The notes under the pieces are model-generated. The model saw nothing but the letters and a program-made list of their open reading frames with translations. It was not told where the DNA came from and searched no databases. Below, piece after piece: positions 53,297-64,000 of a stretch of DNA of 64,000 bases. Origin of the DNA: Octopus vulgaris (Eukaryota). The stretch is from the NCBI GenBank assembly GCA_951406725.2, contig OX597829.1:43276001-43340000 (forward strand), read 5' to 3'. The translations under genes and the position numbers were made by a program. The stretch's first letter is position 1, and every line of letters starts with the position of its first letter.

Positions 53297-53501
53297 ATGT
53301 ATAACAGTACCAGATGTTCGTATGCTTAAAGGAACCACATTTCCCATCTTGTCTTAGTATTCCTTCCTCACTATTTTTATCCGTTTCCGATTCTGTGTCT
53401 TTCACTTTCTGTTACTCGCTTTCCATCTCTTCTCTCTCTCCATTTCTTAGTCGTCCATTTTCCCTGCTTCCTAGTTTTTTTTTGCTAGACATAAAGCTAA
53501 G

Positions 53502-53564
<63 letters not shown>

Positions 53565-53575
53565 TGTGTGTGTGT

Positions 53576-53609
<34 letters not shown>

Positions 53610-53967
53610 GTGTGTGTGTGTGTGTGAGTGTGTGTGTGAGAGTGTGTGTGTGTGTGAGTGTGTGTGAGTGTGTGTGTGTGCGTGTGAGTGTGTGTGTGTG
53701 TGAGTGTATGTGTGTGTGTGTGTGTGTGCGTGCGCTGCGAGCATGCAAGTCCTTCAGCTTCCTCCTTCTGTCTAAGTCTCCGGTCACTAATCCCAGTCAA
53801 ATGTTGAATTGCAAATTCAATCAATCGCGTCTTCCAAACAATCCACGCCCCGGAGATGCTTTTTCTCTTTTCCTTTTTATTCGATCCTTTTTTTTTCCAG
53901 TTATCCAATCTGTTTTCACCCTGGGTGAGAGGCAAAACGGATCGGCCTAAATAAACGACACACACTT

Positions 53968-54202
53968 ATACTCTTCTATTCTTTTACTTGTTTCAGTTTC
54001 ATTTGACTGTGGCCATGCTGGAGCACCGCCTTTCGTCGAGCAAATCGACCCCCAGGACTTATTCTTTTGTAAGCCTAGTATTTATTCTATCGATCTTTTT
54101 TGCCGAACCGCTACGTTACGGGGACGTAAGTGCACCAGCATCGGTTGTCAAGAGATGTTGGGGGAACAAACACAGACACACAAACACACACACACATACA
54201 CA

Positions 54203-54294
<92 letters not shown>

Positions 54295-54487
54295 CGACGG
54301 TCTTCATATATATATATATATACGACGGGCTTCCTTCAGTTTCCGTCTACCAAATCCACTCACAAGGCTTTGGTCGGCCCGAGACTATAGTAGAAGACAG
54401 TTACCCAAGGTGTCACGCAGTGGGACTGAACCCGGAACCATGTGGTTGGTAAACAAGCTACTTACCACACAGCCACTCCTGCGCCTA
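53968..54487 (-). mobile_element. SINE family B, full length
   Basis: Both modules with internal (CA)n(TA)n. Confidence 0.9.
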
Positions 54488-54860
54488 TATGCATAGAAAA
54501 CTAAAGAAACCAAGAGGGTGTTTATAAAATATTTGGATATACCATGTCAAGCGTAGGCAAAAGATTCATTATTAGTTGAACTGTGTGAATTATGTATCTA
54601 AATTGCATTGACAGCTTTTTAAGAAAAGCTAAACTCTTAGAGAATGGTAAAATAAGTGAAAATAAAATGAAAGGAATCAAAGTAAATATACAATCACCTT
54701 TACCATGTGTGTTGACATCATAGATCCAACTTGAATGATATTGAGTTCCAGCGGTTACAGAATTCGCTTACAGAATTCGTAGACGATTTTCATAAATATG
54801 CCTAAAAGTACCTGTAAACATATTTTCTTGGGTGTATGGTTTCTTGTGAATATCTACATA

Positions 54861-54906
<46 letters not shown>

Positions 54907-55089
54907 TACACACACACACATACACACATACATACGTATATATGCGTGAGTGTGCATATATGCGTATACATGTATATATAACGGCGTATATATATATATA
55001 TACATATTATATTTGTAATTGTATGTATATATATATATGCATGTACATGTATATATCATATATATATATAGTTATACATATATGTGTGT

Positions 55090-55136
<47 letters not shown>

Positions 55137-55239
55137 TGCATATTTATGTACATATTTGTAAATATACACACATAAATATATACGTGTATATATAATGTTT
55201 ATATTTATATCCTTATAAAGCCACAACTTACAAGTTTAT

Positions 55240-56260
55240 ATATTTTTACGTTGTATTTCAATATTTTGATGTTAGGATCCCATCTTCAGGAAATCTTCAG
55301 AGAAATGGCGCTGTAAGCTGATTTCTCTCTTCTCGTATGTGTCTAAATAAAGAGTTTCTTTGCGTGCCCAGGAAAGTGTTGCTTTAATATCAAAGCAGCT
55401 GAGTGTAGTTCGCTTTTGCTCTTAATATGTAAGTTGGTCTAGCTAATTAAGACGGCTTCCTTTATACATAAGTCCCCAATGTTTCGTTCGGTAGATTTAA
55501 TGAAAACATGAATGTCTTGAGTATTTTATTTCCGCTGGTTTGTTATTGAAGAAATAAGCATTAACGTAGAGGTGTTCTGATGGTACTCCGATGTAGAATT
55601 TAATAGATTTGCTATACATGGTTTTATACAGCATGTAGAACCGCAGATATATAGTTTCACCATTGATCGGGCAGTTGGGCATCAGTTGTTTTTTTCATCA
55701 AAATGTGACAATTTTGATAACCTATCTTATCCCTCTATAAATGGATTTTGTTAAGTGGTCTGGTAATGCTTAACTTTTGGTGAAAGAGTTTGGATAGCCA
55801 TTCCCTACCAAAACTGTATGGTGTTAATCTTTTTCTTTTCTGCCTCGCTGCATTTACCACGCATCCTGGGAATCTTGTTTTTCATGTAGGTAATCTTAGC
55901 TCCGTAGGGTAGGGATGAATTATAATGGACAAATAGGCCCTTGCATGCTGCTTCTCTATAAAAGTTAGTGGAAATAGATATTCCCTGTGGTTTTGAGTTC
56001 AAAATAAAGCAGGGATAAGGAACCGGTGTTAAGGTAGTTCCTCCTCACACAACTTTATCAGCTCCAGACATCCATAAACTGCAAACAATTCTAAAGCTCA
56101 ACCTCTTATTCCTGTTCGAGGGGTCCACTTACAAACAAATCTCTGGACTGCGAATGGGATCAAGCTTCTTAGGGCTACTGGCCATTAAATTCATGAGCCG
56201 AATATAATGTACTCATGAACCGGTATCGCCATGTATATAGATATCATCATATTAACATTA
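55240..56260. mobile_element. Decayed Penelope-like retroelement with internal inversion
   Basis: Minus strand: SLSLLYF, NFYREAACKGLFVHYNSSLP..K (RT7/thumb), GIY-YIG-like YK..KFYIG; plus strand 56115-56195: FEGSTYKQISGLRMGSSFLGLLAIKFM (RT4). Confidence 0.75.
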
Positions 56261-56436
56261 TTTCACGAGGCGTTAACAGACAAATTGATGAAAATATACA
56301 ATCTGAAGAGGAGCGTATGTACAAACATATAGGGAAGGTGCAAGTAGTATACATCGTTTGACTGATACTAATAGGTATGTACAATTAATACTTAGATCGG
56401 TTTACTACTAGAACTCCGGCTTGAAGGGCAGTTTTG

Positions 56437-56742
56437 TTTGTTCCTTCTCGAGCCATGCCTGGCTCATAAGGGCCGGTTTCCCGGTTTCCTTGGCGTATAG
56501 GTTCGCCACCTGGACGGGACGCCGGTCCGTTGCAGATGAGCTGCAAGATGCAGGAGGAAAGAGTGAGAGAAAGTTGTGGCGAAAGAGTCAGCAGAAGTTC
56601 GCCATTACCTTCTGCCGGAGCCGCGTGGAGCTTGGCTGTTTTCGCTCATAAACACACACATCGCCCGGTCTGAGATTCGAACGAACCCGCGATCTCTCGA
56701 CCGCAAGTCCGCTGCTCTAACCACTAGGCCATGTGCTTCCAC
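56437..56742 (-). mobile_element. Hybrid SINE: family C head and body with family D 3' part
   Basis: GAGCGAAAACA..AAGCTCCACG..ACTTTCTCTCACTCTTTC (C) joined to GGCGTCCCGTCCAG..ATACGCCA..GAAACCGGGAAACCGG..ATGAGCC (D). Confidence 0.75.
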
Positions 56743-57244
56743 TTGAAGGGCAGTTGGGAACTAGGTATTGAAATTGCCTATCCAAGGCGGCTAGAAGGGG
56801 TACCTGATTCAACGAGTATAAATAGATAAAAAAAAAACCCCAGAAGACTGAGAAGCTCAGCATTTGGCTTCCTCGAGAATAATACTTCATAATAAAAAGA
56901 ATAAATAAACTACAATATATAAATAAAGCATAAACTTTTCTCTGCTTTGTTTATATTTTATTTGTACTCTTTGTGATGAAATATATATATCCTCGAGTAA
57001 CGTCAAATGCTTTGCTTGTCCGACTATCATTTTTTTTACTTATTTGTACAAACATATATGTACCCACGAACCATCGACAAGTATTATCTATCATAATTTG
57101 CATTGTTTGGCTTTATAATAACATTTTTTTTTAATATTTAGATACAGTGGATAATACTTCATTCAAACTATGCTATTTATATATTTACATATATATATGA
57201 TGGGTATATACACACACATATAAAATCCCATACACAAATAATAT

Positions 57245-57263
57245 ACGTACGTACATACATACA

Positions 57264-57297
<34 letters not shown>

Positions 57298-57541
57298 CAT
57301 ACATACATACACACACACATACATACATACATACATACGTACATACATACATACATACATACATACATACATACACACACATACATACATACATACATAC
57401 ACACATACATACATACATACATACATACACACACATACATACATACATATATACATATACATACATACATACATACACACATACATACACACATACATAC
57501 ATACATATATACATACATACATACATACATACATACATACA

Positions 57542-57574
<33 letters not shown>

Positions 57575-57965
57575 GCATACATACATACATACATACATAC
57601 ATACATACATACATACACACATACATACATACATACACACATACATACATACATACACACATACATGCATACATATATACATACATACATATATACATAC
57701 ATACATATACATACATACATACATACATACATACATACATACATACATACATACATACATACATACATACATACACACATACATACATACATACATACAT
57801 ACATACATACATACATACACACATACATACACACATACATACATATTATTACATACATACATACATACAAACATACATACATACATACATACATACATAC
57901 ATACATACATACATACATACACGTATACATACATACATACACGTATACATACATACATATATATA
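57245..57965. repeat. Long (CATA)n microsatellite
   Basis: About 720 bp tetranucleotide array. Confidence 0.95.
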
Positions 57966-58211
57966 TGCATGCAGAATGTGTGTGGGGTGGGGTATGTGTG
58001 TACATAAGACTGAGAAAGATAACACCGCTATATTACAAACAATTTTTTGCAAGAAAGTTATACGTACGGCATATGTTATTGGTTATATTACAATTTACAA
58101 GGAAAAATGATGCACAGCACGGACGGCCGTGCTCAAATGTGATCTTTCCTTCAGTTGACATTAAGTACTAATTATGTATTACACCTGCAAAGTTACAGAT
58201 GAGTGAAAACC

Positions 58212-58247
<36 letters not shown>

Positions 58248-58249
58248 TA

Positions 58250-58506
58250 TAGATGGGCAAGTATAGATGGGCTGGACACGTCGCCCGGCTCACCGATAAT
58301 CGGTGGACGCACGCAGTTGTCGAGTGGTACCCGCGTGAGCGGAAAAGACCACCCGGAAGACCTCCACGACGGTGGAGTGACGATTTCAAGAGTACGATTG
58401 GGATCACGTGGATGAGAAAGGCGCGATCCAGGGAGGAGTGGACAGCCTGCTGTGACCAGCGGTGTCAAATGGACGCCTGACAGACTGGTCGGTCAAAGTG
58501 ATCAAA

Positions 58507-58510
<4 letters not shown>
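58250..58510 (+). mobile_element. RTE-clade LINE 3' end inside (TA)n
   Basis: RWAGHVARLTDNRW..EWYPRERKRPPGRPPRRWSD..WMRKARSREEW; tail CAAAGTGAT x2. Confidence 0.85.
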
Positions 58511-58597
<87 letters not shown>

Positions 58598-58959
58598 AAC
58601 GGGAAAAATACAAAACCAAATGTGCAGGATATATACAAGGTGGATTCTTGCCGTCAAATATCATAACAGTGAGGCAACTTGTAAGAAGATTAAATGAAGA
58701 GGGGACTAAATAACTCAGCATATCAACTCCCAAATTTGAGACGGAAAAAAATAAGTAGAAACTTATCGAAAACCCAAACCTACGCAAATGTAATAAGATG
58801 AGGGTCCCACTGCAATGACAAATATTGTTCTAGAAGCCGAAATTGTTTTGAGTTCCTATAGACAACTGATAAAAGGATCAGGGTTCTGCACGCTCGTCTG
58901 TGACTGTTAGTGCGTCCTATCTCTTTCTTGCAGCTTGTAGGTGTATTATATGAGCAAAG

Positions 58960-59120
58960 GCAGCACCTGTGTGGTTAAGGGGTTTGCTCCCCAACAATGT
59001 GGCCCTTGGTTTAGTTCCACTGCAATGCACCTTGGGCAAGTGCCTTCTACTACAGGCCCGGCATGTCCAATGCCTTGTGAGTGGATTTGTTAGACGGAAA
59101 CTGAAACAAGCCCGTCATTT
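58960..59120 (+). mobile_element. Diverged SINE family B 5' half
   Basis: GCACCTTGGGCAAGTGCCTTCTACTA..GCCTTGTGAGTGGATTTG. Confidence 0.7.
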
Positions 59121-59230
59121 ACATACGTACATACATGCAAAAAAACATATAGGTTTAACGCCTATTTATATGTATGTATATATTTATGATAATAATAATG
59201 ATGATGATAAAATAATAATAATAATAATAC

Positions 59231-59261
<31 letters not shown>

Positions 59262-59374
59262 AAGAAGAAGAAGAAGAAGAAGAAGAAGAAGAAGAAGAAG
59301 AAGAAGAAGAAGAAGAAGAAGAAGAAGAAGAAGAAGAAGAAGAAGAAGAAGAAGAAGAAGAAGAAGAAGAAGAA

Positions 59375-62317
<2,943 letters not shown>

Positions 62318-62381
62318 CAGAAATACAAAATTTACCACTTTTATGAAAGGAGATAAATTCTATCACAGATGTTGAAGAAAG

Positions 62382-63560
62382 TTATTTAAAAGCTTCTGGG
62401 TAAACAACATTCTTTGTTTTCTGGTTTGGGGCATAGACAAATAAGCCCTGGAGCAACCAACATAAAGTAGTTGACCACGAGAAAAGCAAGTCAGTAGATT
62501 TCAAAGACTGACCTTGAGCCTTATTAATAGACATTGCAAAGTCAAGTCGCACTGGGAATTGTGTTCTTTTGGACTCAAATGACATGTCTGTTGGTTTGAT
62601 TGGAATTCTTGGAATAAAAGCCTCTTCCCCAGGAGAACATCCATTGATGATGGTAGCTTCCGTCATGTTAGGTGGTAGTGTCTTCACAATCAACCTTGTC
62701 CCATTGCATAATTTAGGAAGATCTAAATTTCTTAAGGTTTATGTGGAGGAGATCCAGGTGGCTCAAGAGAATTTAGGAGCTCTGTTGGGTGATGGACAGC
62801 TTTATTTTCATCAAGGACTGAATCAACTGATTTGTACTTCTTAATGAAACTTGGAATCTTATTCCTTAATTCGTGGTTAAACCTTGCTACTGTCTCATTT
62901 TTTGGAACAAGAATTGCCCTTTCACACAACCATTTATGTGAATTATAATCCACATAAATATCCTGTTCTTCAATTCAGCTGGAGAATTCACCATGATAGC
63001 AATATAAACCAAATTGATATCACCATTCCCATCAAATGGTGATATCAAATTTTCCCATTTCCTAATTGGAGAAACCAGGTTGAAAACTGTTTTGCACATA
63101 GGTCCACATGTAAAGAAGCTCGCACGTTAGTATTGAAGAAGAATTTCAATACTTTATTCCATAGGTGTGAAGACTTAATGCATGCTTTTATTTCATCAGA
63201 TCTTGTTCGTCTCGGAATGACTGGTAATGTCTGTCTGAAGTCTCCTGATAAAACTAATGTAACTCCTCCCATAGATTTATTGTTGCCTCTGATGTCCTGT
63301 AAGCTCTTACCAAGAGCTTCCATTGCACCTCTATGTGACGTGGTGTATTCATCCCAAATGAAAAGGTGGCATTGGCACAACACCTCTGCTGAACCTGTCA
63401 TTTGTGACCAGGTTTAGTGATAATTTGAAAGCAGAATGGGCTGTTCGACCTCCTCGGAGAATGGTGGCAGCAAAGCCAAACAATGTTAGAACAACTGCAA
63501 TTCTTTTTCTTGCCTTACTTTGGAGAGAAGCAATGTTACAAATGTTTTACCTGGAGCATC
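62382..63560 (-). mobile_element. Helitron Rep/Hel PIF1-type helicase relic
   Basis: IWDEYTTSHR..GGVTLVLSGDFRQTLPVI, WLCERAILVPKNE, LEPPGSPPH, IPRIP..QFPVRLDFAMSINKAQGQSL..TKNVVY; frameshifted. Confidence 0.92.
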
Positions 63561-63625
63561 AAAAACAATCCCTCTGAAATGGTCGCGTGTACGTGTACGA
63601 GAAAAAGAAAGAGAGAGGGGGACAG

Positions 63626-63711
63626 AGAGTGAAGGGGTGTGCCGTTATGTAAAGGTACATACATAAATAAGCATACATCCATTTTTTTGTACGTATGTAT
63701 GCGTGTGTATG

Positions 63712-63753
<42 letters not shown>

Positions 63754-63863
63754 CCGTTTAGACATCATTCTCTCTTTCTTTTAGGCACACGCACACATAC
63801 ATACAAAAAGATGTATGCTTATTTATGTATGTACGTATATATGACAGCACACCCCTTCACTCA
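63626..63863. repeat. Diverged inverted repeat around (GA)n
   Basis: GAGTGAAGGGGTGTGC..GTACATACATAAATAAGCATACAT vs ATGTATGCTTATTTATGTATGTAC..GCACACCCCTTCACTC. Confidence 0.8.
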
Positions 63864-64000
63864 ATCTCTCTCTCACACACACACACAAAAACACACACAC
63901 ATACATAAATGTATACAAACGTAAATACAAAAACATGTGTGCGTGTATGGCTGCCTACAAATACATAGAGCTGAACATGGTGCGCAAAAAGTAAATAAAT

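Noticed and set aside
52370-53357. 300+ aa ORFs (KKER- and FLSF-rich)
   Set aside because: Translations of a (TTTC)n tract; no coding evidence
57163-58171. Long MYVC/HTYI ORFs, and similar [12 protein letters not shown] ORFs across the window
   Set aside because: Stop-free microsatellite translations
62382-63401. Host PIF1 helicase gene
   Set aside because: Intronless, frameshifted and Helitron-type motifs

Overview
Eukaryotic, AT-rich, extremely repeat-dense DNA. The SINE families and microsatellite load strongly suggest a coleoid cephalopod (Octopus-like) genome; this is an inference. No intact multi-exon gene can be assembled, and nearly all long ORFs in the track are translated microsatellites. 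The window holds at least five tRNA-derived or RTE-related SINE families, several R4/Dong-type (restriction-like endonuclease) LINE fragments tied to (AAT)n, and RTE and L1/Tx1 fragments. It also has a decayed mariner, a Tc1, a MITE, a Helitron helicase relic, a HINE-like element, a rearranged Penelope-like element (PLE) and a 3.8-kb 75-bp minisatellite. The most notable signal is a set of about ten short elements beside (TA)n or related tracts that carry minimal type-I hammerhead ribozyme folds. Their catalytic cores are often non-canonical (CCGAnGA, CUGUnGA, and one G3-C8 swapped GUGAACA), and many are arranged as long fold-back hairpins. Also notable are concatemeric SINE arrays with fixed recurring junctions, a SINE-LINE fusion, a SINE/LINE shared 3' tail, a CCAAT/GC-box promoter at about 32.7 kb and a candidate terminal exon at 11.5 kb. 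Coordinates were read by eye and may be off by a few bases.
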